Origin: Zancudomyces culisetae HAW-14-8
Lineage: Eukaryota > Fungi > Kickxellomycota
Direction: 5' to 3'
Assembly: GCA_052426225.1 (NCBI GenBank)
Contig: JBNJNM010000011.1
Coordinates: forward strand, 1,612,001-1,676,000
Length of the DNA: 64,000 bases
Of the stretch, positions 20,104 through 32,889 are shown piece after piece. The notes beneath the pieces were generated by a model. The model did not search any database. It was given only the letters and a program-made list of their open reading frames with translations, and had not been told where the DNA came from. The first letter of the stretch is position 1, and each line of letters starts with the position of its first letter. The translations under genes and the position numbers were made by a program.

Positions 20104-22139
20104 ATGGATGAAATTGACATTGCAGAATTATTAGATGCACCATACAAGTCACAGGTAATATAATGTTTTTATTTATTATGACCCCTTTATTTCAGGGCTG
20201 ATTGTAGATTAACTATAAAATTAAACATGGCAAATAGAAAGTGCAAAAAGTGGCGAATGGTACAAAAGAGCAGGCACACCAAGAAAAAGTAGGGGTAAAT
20301 GGAAGCTCAAGTAAGTATAATAGTAGTACTAGTAGCGGTATTGGTGGTAGCTACAGTGAAAATAACATAAGACAAGAGGAAGATAAAAAAAAGTACACTA
20401 GTGAAAAGGAGTTGGAAAATGATAGAAGCCATGAAGAAATGAAAATAAGGGGAATGGGTATGGAGCCTCGAAAGCAAAATGGCAGTGAAAATGATGTAAA
20501 AAATGGTAGTGAAAGGGCCGCAAGAGAAAGCGAAGGGCTACAAGAAGTAGAAATGGAGGATGTTCGGGAAACACGGGACAGAAAAAGAAATGGACGTAGC
20601 AGCCGTGAGCGAAGTAATGAAAGTGACAGCAGGGATAGGTATGACCGCCGGGAAAGAACACGAGAAAGGGATAGAGAAAGGGAACGAGAAAGAGATAGAG
20701 ATAGGGAACGAGAAAGAGATAGAGATAGGGAACGAGAAAGGGATAGAGATAGGGGTAGAGATAGGGATAGAGACAGAAGAGAAAGGGTCAGAAGTAGAGA
20801 AAGGGTCAGAAGTAGAGATAGAAGAGAAAGGGTCAGAAGCAGAGATAGAGATAGAGATAGAAGAGAGAGGTACGACAGCCGCGAACGGCGCAGAGAAAGA
20901 GGAAGGAGTGAAAGATACGACAGTCGGGACAGAAGACAAAGAGACAGAAGTCGGACTGGGAGCAGAAAAAGAGATAGATATAGCAGTAGAGATAGAGTCA
21001 GAGATTTTCTCAGAGATACAGAAGAGGAGTTGACTCGTGGAAAAGCTGAGCCTAGAAATTCTTTACAAGAAAAACACGAAAGAGACCGGCGTACAGTTTT
21101 TGTAACGCAGATATCCCGAAACCTACGAACCCGAGATCTACTTGATTTTTTTTCGGAAGTTGGGCACGTTAGAGACGCAAAGATAATCTCGGATAGAAAC
21201 TCTAGAAGATCCTTGGGGTAAGCGACATTTTTCTCATTTTAACTATATATGACATAACAGAATATTGATTACTAACAGATAAATTGGATTGGATTTTATA
21301 GTGTCGCATATGTTGAATTCCGCGAAATCGAATCGGCTGTTAAAGCAGTGGAGCTTAGTGGGCAAAAGCTTCTTGGCATTCCAATAATTGTACAATTTTC
21401 TGAGGCCGAAAAAAACAGACAGGCTCAACCTAAGGAGTATGGAATAGGTGGTGTGCCTATCAATAATGACCTCACTCGAGTGCGCCAGATATGTGTCAGC
21501 AATATTCCAAGCGCGATAGGAAGCGAAGATCTCAAATCGCTATTTGAGACATTTGGATCTGTTGAAAGCTGCGTATTCAGAACCAGAGGCGAAACTGGAG
21601 AGCCAAAGAAAGCCTACATTACGTATACTCACTCGCAAAATGCAGACTCCGCGGCGGAAAAAATGGATGGCTTTGAATTGCTGGGAAATAGTATCCGTGT
21701 TTGGATTCCACGGAGCTCTGAGGTGTTTTCTGAGACTGGTGCCCAAGGCCCTGTACAGCCGGAATCTGCAGCCAACTCTCCTGCTCAACCTGCGCCTACA
21801 ACACCTACTGTAACTCTTCAGAAAATACCCGCAGAGGAAGACACCAAAAATGCTGCTACCGATTGTATACTTTTGTGTAATATGTTTGATCCAGATGAAG
21901 AGAGCAGCGATGACTGGGTACATGAAATAGAGGAGGATACTAAAGACGAAGTTTGCAAGTACGGTACAGTTACTGCGATCAAGCTCATTCCCAGTAAGTT
22001 GGGCGAAATATATATCAGATTTAGTTCTGCCGATGAGGCTATTGCTGCGTCCAAAGCATTGGACGGCCGATGGTTTGACGGAAAGAAAGTTTCAGCCACT
22101 TTTGTTTCAAGCGATAAATACTCTACCATATTTGCTTAA
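20104..22139 (+). CDS. RBM39: RBM39/RBM23 (Caper/rsd1)-like splicing factor: RS/RE/RD region, two RRMs and a UHM; 3 exons
   Basis: DIAELLDAPY start, RD/RE repeats, ERDRRTVFVTQ..DRNSRRSLG|VAYVEF, LSGQKLLGIPIIVQ.SEAEKNR, LLCNMFDP, LDGRWFDGK. Confidence 0.88.
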
Positions 22140-22211
22140 AACGCCAACTCTTGTTCCACTTAGCCCTATTCTTTTTTTCGACCTCAACAATGTTCTTTTA
22201 TTTAGTTTGGT

Positions 22212-22959
22212 TTATTCTAAGTTCTTTAAAATATCTACAAGTTTTGAATACTTGAACATTCCATTTTCGTCAATTGGAACATCTGCAAATAAATTTTCAA
22301 CTTGTTGACGACTTAATCTGCTTCCCAAGTGCATCAGTGCTTCCTGGAGCTCGCCAGCTTTGATCATTCCTGATTTGTCCACATCAAAAGCCTGTAGAGC
22401 CGTGTATATCTCATGTTCGCTGTCCATCAGGCTTAACTTCTCTCCCATCATGGTTAGAAACATGGTAAAGTTGATGGGACCTGGTGCCTCCTTAAGCATC
22501 CCCTCGATATATTCCTCGTTGGTATCCATACCTATTCACACAGACATATTCATATTTGGTTTATTTTTTTCTCTCTTGCTTTCACTAGTTCTTGTAGCCA
22601 TCTTTTGTTTTTCATTGAATACGAAACGAAGAATATGCTTGCTTGTACAATACAGCAACAATTCTAGAATTTTTCTTACCCAATGAGTTTAACACATCTT
22701 TTAGATCCTCTTTATCAACAAAACCGTCAGCATCGTGATCAAAAATGCTAAATGCCTCTTTAAGTTCGGTGATTTGTTTCTGGTCGAATATGGTAAACAC
22801 GTTGGATTGCTTGCGAAGTGATCTCTTTTTTCTGTTTAGCTACGCAATGCACATTTTTAGAATAGTAAGAATATGTGGTGGGAAAAGAATATTGACGACT
22901 GCGTTCTTGGCTATATTTTACAGTTGTTTTATACTCGTCGTTGATATGCTACTTACCAT
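22212..22959 (-). CDS. RLC1: Myosin regulatory light chain (EF-hand); 3 exons, the first being only the ATG (22957-22959)
   Basis: [57 protein letters not shown]|GTAAGT donor; acceptors give exons 22839-22680 and 22531-22212. Confidence 0.9.
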
Positions 22960-24202
22960 TTTTAAAAAGGGTTTGTGTTAAAATTCCTCACACTCTGTTT
23001 GTGTTTGCCTTTGTTGTTGATTAACTTTACTCTACTGTTGACGTATTTAAAGGTGAATCGCACAAATGTAGTAATAAATAAAAAGTAATAAAAATCACTG
23101 GATATCGGTTTGATGTAAAGTATATGTGTTTCTTGTTGTTTCTATTACTACAGTTATTGTTGTTGTGTTAAAACAAGTATTTTACACCTTGAATTTTTGT
23201 AATACATATAGAATACATGTCTAATTGTTTACCTTGTTTTGTTTTATCGATTTAATTCCACTAGCACGTTTTGTGTAAACATTGGTATTCAATCAAATGT
23301 AAAATGTGTGGTGATGATTTTGTCATTAACTCTATCTGTTGAACCTCAATGATTTCATCCAAGATATAAAAAAAGGAAAAAACACACGCATTTATTAGAG
23401 GAATTGTTAGTTTTGAGACAATTAGCCAACTTCGACGTGTGCCTAGTCTGTATTCTAGGACTCCGATATCGACTTGGTGGTAAAATATACAAATTAGACT
23501 GAATACATACGTAAATATTGACATAAACATCAAGTTGCTCATCATAATACAATGGTATATGAGGATTATCTTTTGTTATTATGGGTTTATCCCAAGGCAG
23601 TAACCACATTTAGAGCCGAAAAATGTAACTAATTATGGGTACAACTGCTAATTTAACTGTGACTGTATACGTATGTGCTAACTAATATCTTTTCTCACAT
23701 TTTTTTACTTTACTGACACTAATACCATCACAATTATCGTATATCTGCATACCTTGACCCTTTTCATAAAAATACTAAAGTTTGGTTTTGTTTTCGAATT
23801 TTCAACAAAGAGGAAGGGTCAATTGCATAAAATTCAAGCTACAATATATTGTAAATAATGTATTTCTAGACTTCGTGGTAATGGTGGATGTATACATATT
23901 TATTAACACCAACTGTGGGCTTCTCAACTCATAGTTAGAGTGCTTTTCGAGTTTCAGTCATGTGATATTTTGTTGAAATTTTTGTTCCACGATTTTGGCA
24001 GTTTAAAGAAAAAAATTTTTTTCTCTCATACTATTGAATAATGTGTAAATCTGACTAGTCAAAGTTTAGCTCCAAAAAAAAAAGAGAATCGAGAGTTTTT
24101 TCACTTGATTTATTAGACCTGTACTATTTCCAAACCATTTCGCACTTTTATTTTAAATACAATATAGAACAAATTATAGAATTTTAAAAAAAAAGTAAAA
24201 GA

Positions 24203-25027
24203 ATGTCGACTAAAAGTAAAGGCCATAAACACATCAATGTCACACAGGGAGCCAACAGCGTGGTAAATGTGAACCAAACTACGATTGTTCATGGAAATTT
24301 GGTATTTTGCAGCACTTGTGGAACATTACTAGACATTCCTATGGATTTAGATTACATGTCCTGTTTAGCCTGTGGTGATGTTTACGATCCTTCAAGTAAT
24401 TACAGCCTATTCATTGTATTTCTTTTATTCTGGGTATTTTATGTTTACAAAAATTTGTGGCAATACTCCAACCTTCCTTTTATTGTACTTGAAAATAGAG
24501 TTCGAAAACATTCCAATTGTCACAAAAACCAGCAACTTCCCGAATGAAATAAGAAACAAGAGCTCAAATATTCAAACTACCGAAGAAAGTCAAGATGCTA
24601 CTGTAAGTAACTTTCTTCGTGATATGTATTTTACTATTGTTTTTTCATTTTGAAATTAGATTCAGCTATCTATTTATGTTACTATTCCGAATCTACTACT
24701 ATAATAATCAAAAACAAACGAAATATATTAAAATAGATTGAGGAGACTTGTCCAAAATGTTTCAATACACAAATGACATTCTACACCCTACAAATGAGAT
24801 CAGCCGATGAAGGGCAAACTGTGTTTTATAAATGTAAAAAATGCGGGTAAGTACATCAACACTTTATTTGGTGTTTTTTTCTCCATTTAAGCAATTCTTT
24901 TTTTACTTTATTGCTAATTTACACCTCTCGGTATTTTAAATCAAGCCAAAGGTAGTGTGGTAACAATATTAACAATAACTGAACTTTAATTTTTTTATTT
25001 AGATATCAATACCGGCTCAACAACTAG
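24203..25027 (+). CDS. RPA12: RNA polymerase I subunit A12, 4 exons
   Basis: N-terminal ribbon FCSTCGTLL..CLACG; C-terminal TFIIS-like ribbon IEETCPKC..MTFYTLQMRSADEGQTVFYKCKKCG|YQYRLNN*. Confidence 0.93.
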
Positions 25028-25763
25028 GAATCGCTATTTAATTTTAGGGCGAGAATATGCTTTTTACATTCCTCAGCTGTCCCAGTTGGATGCTCTAACT
25101 GCCATTCCATGACAACATCAAGGGTTTCCTTGATTTGTGGTCCTGGTTTGAGTTTCAATAGAACGGAAACTGCTTTGCCCTACATATCCATTTTGGTTTT
25201 AGCGTTTTGATTTGGTTTCTAGTATTTTTTTGGGTGGGAGTGAGGAAGAGCTAACTACCCGTTTTCCCTATTATGGGAACTGTTATGTATAAAAAAAACA
25301 AATGATAATAACTTACATCCAGAACATGCTTTAGTGAATAAGCATTATCAAGCCCAAGTTGGGTCACAGTATCTATCAGGTGTGTGTACTCGCTAAATAC
25401 ATCGGCTGTTGGCTTTCCTAATGTCATTTCGACAGCAGCAGTAAACAAAATAGCCAAATGCCAGAGTGGGCCAATCGTTCTTATTATCAGACCCAACTCT
25501 ACTCTTGTCTTTGGATCAGTTTTGTCGAGTTTTTTGTTGGCTAATGGCATGACCTTTTCAACGGCCCTAAATATGGTCTTCGTGTGTTCACTATCGTGGC
25601 TGCTTAGTTTTATGCTCCCCTTTATTATTAAAGGTACCACCAAATGTGTTTTGCTGAGCCTCTCGTATTTACAAGGATAGTATGGGAATAAAAACGCAGC
25701 CATATAGAGAATTTTCAACTGGGCCTTGTCAAACGTACATTGGAACTTTTCTTGGATTCTAAA

Positions 25764-25796
<33 letters not shown>

Positions 25797-27383
25797 CAAA
25801 TAGTGTATATGCTACTTTCATACTCTTATGAGGTACCATGGGGAAAAAAGGCGTGGAATATATACAGATACTTGGAAATTCGCAATAAACTTACAAGTTG
25901 ATGTTTTTGGAAACCGATACAGCCAGATATGATTCTAGATGGTTATCGCAGTTAAATCTTTCGGGTTTTTGGAAGATTGTAAAGTACCAGCCATAATTCT
26001 CTATCAATTCTATTGCTTCGATCTGTGTGTTTCCTATAAAATTTTTAAAAGATAGCAACAGGGTTAAAATAGAGTTGAAATGCAACAGTCAGGATATTAA
26101 CGATCAACTGAAAAGTAGTGGAAATAGAAAGGTTGAACATCAATATATACAAATATATCCATACTACCTTCTAGAATCTTCGTGATCTCGTCACCAATCC
26201 TCTCTTTGCTTATTTTAGTTCTGAAATCTCTTTTTATATCCTCGCTATTCAGGGCCAATCCGATTTGGTCCACAAGTTTAAACCTATATCTGCTGGCAAA
26301 CCTTATTACTCTTAATACTCGCAAGGGGTCATCCCTAAACGTCTCGAATGGTGTGATCGGCGTTCTTATGACTCCCTCTGCCAGATCGTTCAAACCGTGG
26401 CCTGTGTAGTCCTCAACCTCCCTATCGGCTATGTTGTAAAACAAACTGTTTATGGTGATATCTCTCCTCAATGCATCCTCTAGGGGTGTTCCAAATTCCT
26501 ATTTCATCGTTTTTAGATTATAAATGTTTCAATTAATCATTTTTTTTACACCAGAGTACATACACCAACCAATGTTTTGCTGCAGTGATACTTACGACTT
26601 TGTGTGGAATCCTACTATCCTCATTGTATGATTCACTTCTTAGATTAACAAAATCAACAGATGTGCCATATATCATAGTTGTCGCTGTTTCTAGGTGTTT
26701 CGAGCGTGCCGGGTTTTGTTGAATCTTTGATACTTTTTTTGCGGACTGGCCATGTATTTCTAAATATTCGTTTACATACTTGGCCATTTCAAATCCTGAA
26801 AGAAAGTCCACTGCTATGTCTATGTCATGCGAATCCTTTCCCAACAACTATTTTTTTAGAATAATTTTACCCCCTTTGTTTGTTTAGGAACTTGTTTACT
26901 GGATTCCCAAGTATAAATTTGCTTCTTTTTGTTTTTTCAAGTGTTGGAGTCAAAGTGTAAAAGTATAATAAATAAAATAAAAAATACCTTGTCTCTCACC
27001 CAACCTCCCGCTATTCTAAGCTGAATGTGTGGTATAGAAGGATACTTTTCCTTCATAAAGTCTGTCACCTTCACCAAAAGATTGCATATTCTCTCCTCGG
27101 TTTCCGTCAGTTTTATGTGACTGTTTATTTTACTACTTGTTGGCTCTTCGAGTCTCATACTTTTAAGTCCGGGCTCGATGTTATCCTCCGATTTCCTTTT
27201 CCTTGACTCCGTTCTTATTCCCTCGATATCGCCGGTATTTGTTGCAAAATTCATTAATTTATTTTTTGCAAATGTTATAGCTGTGTTTCTTGTACACTTA
27301 ATTTTACCAACCCTACTCGACAATACTCTAAAACCTGGCTTTGTTAAATATATTTTTGATATGCGCTGTAAAGCAGTTAACAT
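25024..27383 (-). CDS. CCA1: CCA tRNA nucleotidyltransferase, 6 exons
   Basis: LRIAGGWVRDK|LLG..SHDIDIA, NPARSKHLETAT, DFVNLRSESY, RRDITINSLFYN, DDPLRVLRVIRFASR, KISKERIG; last exon GKAV..KPGP..EWQLEHP (25179-25024). Confidence 0.93.
25765..25794. repeat. (TTA)10 microsatellite in a CCA1 intron next to the 3' splice site
   Basis: Ten units; acceptor AG at 25759-25760 on the minus strand. Confidence 0.85.
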
Positions 27384-30300
27384 TAGCCTGCACGAGTGTT
27401 TAGCTCCTCCTAGTGTTTTCTACCTGTAATTCCGCCTCCGTATCGGAATGTTTTTTTATGCTCTTAATCGATCACCTATATTAGCTTTTTGTATTTGCGT
27501 ACTATTAATCGAATGTTTGTATCTTGTGAATGTTTTCAACAGTTAAAGCTAAAAACAAAAGTACTAATAATCGCTTTTTATATTACAACTCTTGATGTGC
27601 AAATTTGATATTTGTTTATTAACTGATTGGCAAGTGTTTTTTTTTCCTAATTTAATTCTTTTCGTTTTTTTTTAGGTTATGTTTTAAACTGCATTAATTT
27701 CAATTAGCGCAAAAAAAATTTTTGGCTGTAAAAAGAAAAAGAAAAAAGCCTAGAACACAAAAACGGTCAAAAAGTTCAAATGCAGATCAAATCAGGAATA
27801 AGCCGTTTTACGATTCTGGCAGAATCAAAAAGCTTGGTGTCTAAATACATAGAAAGGTGCATAATCTATTATTTAGATCTTAGAAAAACTCCAAAACTTG
27901 ATTAATATCCAATATTAACACTTGAAAAGAGGTTGAAAACTGGGTTTCGTATATTGTGTATATGCTGTGGTTATATCATTCAAATAAGTTGGCTTAAGAT
28001 TTGTGTTTAATGCAACGCCATATACGTTGGGATTTTTGTATAATAGTTTATTTCGCTTATTACAAGCACGCTAATATTAGGCTAGTAGAAAAAAATACGA
28101 TTTAACGTATATACATGTTTGGATAGAGAGTGATAAAGTATGAGCGTTTTCTGGGTCTCATCACATGATGCCAGTATCCGAGTAAGTAAATATTTTAGCA
28201 GCATTTACATTCTAATGATGGCACTTGTTCACAGTTATACACTTGTTTTTACGCTTTTGATGAATGGGACCAGTAAGAAAAAGGGGGTGATGGATATGTG
28301 ATATTCTAACACTACCTAGGAACCGTTAAATATGGTAGTGAATAGATAGATGCCCATGGTGCGGAAAAATTGTATATCCAATAGTACAAAGAGTGGAATA
28401 TCTTTATTTAGTAGCTATACTCTTTCACTCTCCCCCCCCCCTCCCCAGGTGCTGATATTTTTTCTAGACGTATTTTTTTGAGTACGTTTTTGACATTTAT
28501 TGGGAAGGAGAAACATTTCATTATAACTATTTTCATGCAATTGTGGTTGATGGAACACAATAGAGAGTCAGATGATACTCTGCATGAAACCAAGAGTGAC
28601 TTGTGTTGTTAAAAACATGAATAGGCCACCAATATATTGGTACTACCTTACTTCTCACCCACTTTTATTCTTGCAATTTGAATAACTCGATATTCTTTTT
28701 TTGCATTTTAAGCACGAAAAACAGTCCAACACAACAGAGCACAAAATAAAAGGCTGGTTACAGCTTTGTCCAAATTATGCCACAGTTATAATTCAGAATT
28801 AAGCTAGTAAAATACATGCCTGTGACTTGGCTTTTTTTGGGGGGAGCAGTGTAGGGGGGGGGATTATGATATCCAGATGTGTCTGGTGATACAGCAAGGT
28901 GATATCTATAAAAATAGTAAATAAAACTGATGATAAAGAATAAAATCAAGGGGCTGCAGTGGCGAGACAACTGGTGTTTTTTTTGTATCTACCAAGTGTG
29001 GGATGGACAACTTCAAAAGAAATATTTTCCGAATTTGGCGGAATTTCAACGTGCCCCATAAAAAAAGGGAAGGGAGTGCCTAAATAAGAATACTCACCAC
29101 ATTGAATCACACCACATCATGTGAACTAGTTACGCTTACATAACCTCTACCTCTGTTCACATATAACAGTGATAATGGAAATGTATGGGTAAATTTTTTG
29201 GGGAAATGAAATCAGAATATTCTAGTTCCTCATCCACTGTATTAGAGCATGATATTAGAGACCCATGAAATACAAAGTATAAAGTATCACAATAGATCCA
29301 AAAAGATGAGTATACAAAGCTTTTTTTCAGCTTAGCAGGGCAACCAAAGACAAGTTTCTACAATCTTTTTTTTTCTCAGTGCATTGGAATTTTCGTCCAA
29401 ATACAAAAAAGTAAATAAAGCGAGCTATCAGAATAAAACATTAGTTGTAAAGCTAAATAAATCATGCTGTAAATTCATGTTCTAAATAAATAGAACTACT
29501 GCAAACAGTAAATGAGTAAAAAGCATTTAAACTCACCAATAGCATGTAACAAAAAATCATATTACAAAGAGTAAAGTAGGGAATTACATTTTTATCCAAT
29601 TGATAAATATGCATTAAAACGGATAGCCAATAAAACTACATAAAACTAATGTTATACAAACGGGAATTTTGAGGGGTAGAGTAGCCATGCTCACATTATT
29701 TGGTAAGGAAAAGGCTAACCATTTTTTGTAGTGATAAGCGCAGTTAGTATAAAAACAGTTCGAGCCAATGTGTTTCTGAAGGGAAAAAAAAAAGCCATTT
29801 TCTAAAGAAATAATATAATTCAGTTCTCAGAGTGAGAAAAAAAAAGTTTTATATACTTTCAGAATGGAAAAATTAAAAAATATCTCTCTTGAATAGCAAA
29901 ATTTGGTGTTTTTTATTAATATACTTTAAAATAAGGAAGGAAAAAATATTTTAAAGTAAAAGAAAGAGTGTTTTTTTGGTACAAACATATACTCTTCTTT
30001 AGTTTAGCGTTGTTTTTTTAGCATAAAGAAGAATAGATACTTGTGCTATACTTTGTATTAATAAATATATACCGTTAAAGGTCAGAGTAATCCGAAAACA
30101 ATTGGTGATTTGGGAGCGGGATCCACACTTCTGAGTTCTAGAGAGTAGACCACGTAGAAACTTGAGGCTAAAATTGTATTTTTCTGTTGCTCTAGATATT
30201 CTCGAGCTTCAGGTAAATTCTTTTTAAACTGAATACATAGATGATAATATTTGCCAAGCGAGATGTAATGCTTTGCTTGGCTGTTGGAGTAGTTGATATT

Positions 30301-30440
30301 ATATGGGAATGATTATATGAAAAATTTTTTTTTGGTGGTGCTGATGGTGAGGAGGGACGGAATGATAGAAAGATAGAGGGATAAAAGTAGAGTGGATGAG
30401 GAGATGACCTTTCTTGTGTTTTTGTTTTCATCTTTTAAAG

Positions 30441-31640
30441 ATGGCGAGGAAAGGGAATCTGGACAAAGATGAATTTGTCATCCAGGATGTGTATTTCTGT
30501 GGTGCGTATATTGAAAAGTCTTATTAACGAAAAATAGATTGATAAGAGATAAATATTTTTACGGCGATAAACACTCGTTAATCGGGCCTTTTATTCTTTG
30601 GCATACTCAGGGGAATAACTATAGAGTAGTTACTACATAATCTTTGTTACAAAGGGACATAAAAGAACCAGCCAACAAAAGATTAGGAATAAACTCAGTA
30701 TTTAGCGAACATGAGTGCTCCAACAAAAAAATGCTTTAGACTTTCAGGAGAGATGGATCTGCTAACATATGGAGGTATAGGAGAGATGTATGACAAGTAT
30801 ACACATCCGTATGTTGCACCAATAAATGAGCCAAACAAGATGAAGATTGATATTCCAGATCTCTACGATTCATTCATAAGTAATATAAAAGGTAATGCTG
30901 GAAATGGATGAGTTTTACCCTTTACCATTAGGGAGGGAGATGATAGTTGTATATAGTCAACAAGTATCGTGTTTTAACACCTTACGTTCTATAACAACAA
31001 AAAAATAGGACACGTAAGAATACAACCAGGTACCACATTGAGAGAGCTGGTTTTCTCTGGATCTAATAGCAATTACCAAACTCTTCCTTCTATCCCACGA
31101 CAATCAATAGCTAGAGCGTTTAGAATAAGCCCCGGTTCGGTTAGTGGGGTATGTGTTGAACATCTCTTATTTATTTTGTTAGGGATGAAACGGCTCTTAT
31201 CACTTTTATGCTACTAAAAAAATTTAAATAGATTGACACCTCTCTTTTAACTTGGGACCGCAAGAAGGTCGAGATCCTAGAAGTTGAGGGTAAGTACGAA
31301 TTTCATACAAGATTTCTACCAGCGTGGATGGATTGCGCATATCATTTTCTCATGAATAGAATTAACAGAATGATATATTTCTAACATTTTTTGTTTGTAT
31401 TTTGTTTACAAAAACGCCACATTTAGATCGCGAGCCAACTTTTGGAAAGGTGAGTAGTATTTTCCAGAGAGTCCCTGTCCGGGTATATCTTTGCTTTCCT
31501 GCAATCAATAGAACATAAAAATAACTAAATTTAAATATATAAAATAGAAAAACAAGTTGAGCGAGAAGGAATGGGGCTCGGGTTATCTATACGATACTCT
31601 GCATCACAAGAACAAGAAGCAAAGAGTAATCGTAAGCTAG
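30441..31640 (+). CDS. MED19: Mediator subunit 19 (Med19/Rox3), 6 exons: 30441-30501, 30706-30891, 31009-31148, 31232-31289, 31427-31449, 31548-31640
   Basis: Phase-consistent GT-AG splicing gives RLSGEMDLLTYGGIGEMYDKY..LYDSFISNIKGHVRI..TLRELV..RAFRISPGSV with a basic HHKNKKQR tail. By eye this aligns with the Med19 pattern LTG..NL...Y.L...Y.KF..L..FL..LPG..SLR.LI..FRL..G. Confidence 0.75.
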
Positions 31641-32448
31641 ACTGCTACATTGTAGCATTCTTTCTACGGCAAAAATGGACAAGAGCGGGACCTGAAGCTT
31701 GTTGCCCTTTTTGCTCAGTAAGTGGGGCGGGTTGTAAGACCTATAATACTCCCTTACTGGTCGATTGACGTAGCCTCCTTTTTTTTGATATTTCGGTTCC
31801 AATTCCGGTTCTTCAGAGACTCTTTGCAGACATACCTTTATGAGGCGCAAATTGTTTCTCACGGATGATGAGCGAATATTGTCTTTTGCACATGTATTCC
31901 TCGGCTTTAGTGTTCCGCTCGAGAAGATCTCACTCAATCTGCGCAACTTTGCCACCCTTACGCATTAAGTGTGTTTACATCTTTATTTTTCGGCTGTGTA
32001 TACACACAAAAACTCACAACACACACGCATTCTCTAGCTGTATTTTAATAGACATAATTACAACAAAAAACAAAAAAATGTAAAAAATTGTTATGCTTAC
32101 AAAAAAAAATTTTTTTAGCGCTGTTTTTTCCTCTTTTTTTTTTGACGCTATTTTTTAATACAATAAATTTTGTATGAGCAAACCTACGAGGCTGTGCACG
32201 CAGCCCACTTTCAGCCACCAAGCCAAAAAACATTTTTGTTAGCAAATATACCCTCAAGTTTGAGAAATAAGTTTATTGTGAATTACACAAACCAATGAGT
32301 CTATACTACAGAAATACTAATATACTCACAACTATATAATACTATCGTAATAAGGAATGTAACTGCTGTTGACCAAAAAGCAAGTCACACATAATCGCAG
32401 TTTTCTCCTTCGCCACACCACACCACAAACAGAAATGATAACCACTGC

Positions 32449-32889
<441 letters not shown>

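Noticed and set aside
20398-21033. Antisense and alternative-frame ORFs over RBM39 (and similar ones over STI1, ARP8, the AAA ATPase and TFC6)
   Set aside because: Shadow frames of low-complexity repeats and biased codon usage.
23261-23609. Small minus-strand ORFs between RLC1 and RPA12
   Set aside because: No recognisable family and no convincing spliced model.
25764-25799. Poly-Asn N-terminus of the 182-aa ORF
   Set aside because: It is an intronic (TAA)n repeat just before the acceptor AG; the spliced CCA1 reads NL|IQEK.
31587-31955. 122-aa minus-strand ORF
   Set aside because: Non-ATG start, overlaps the MED19 last exon, no recognisable motifs.
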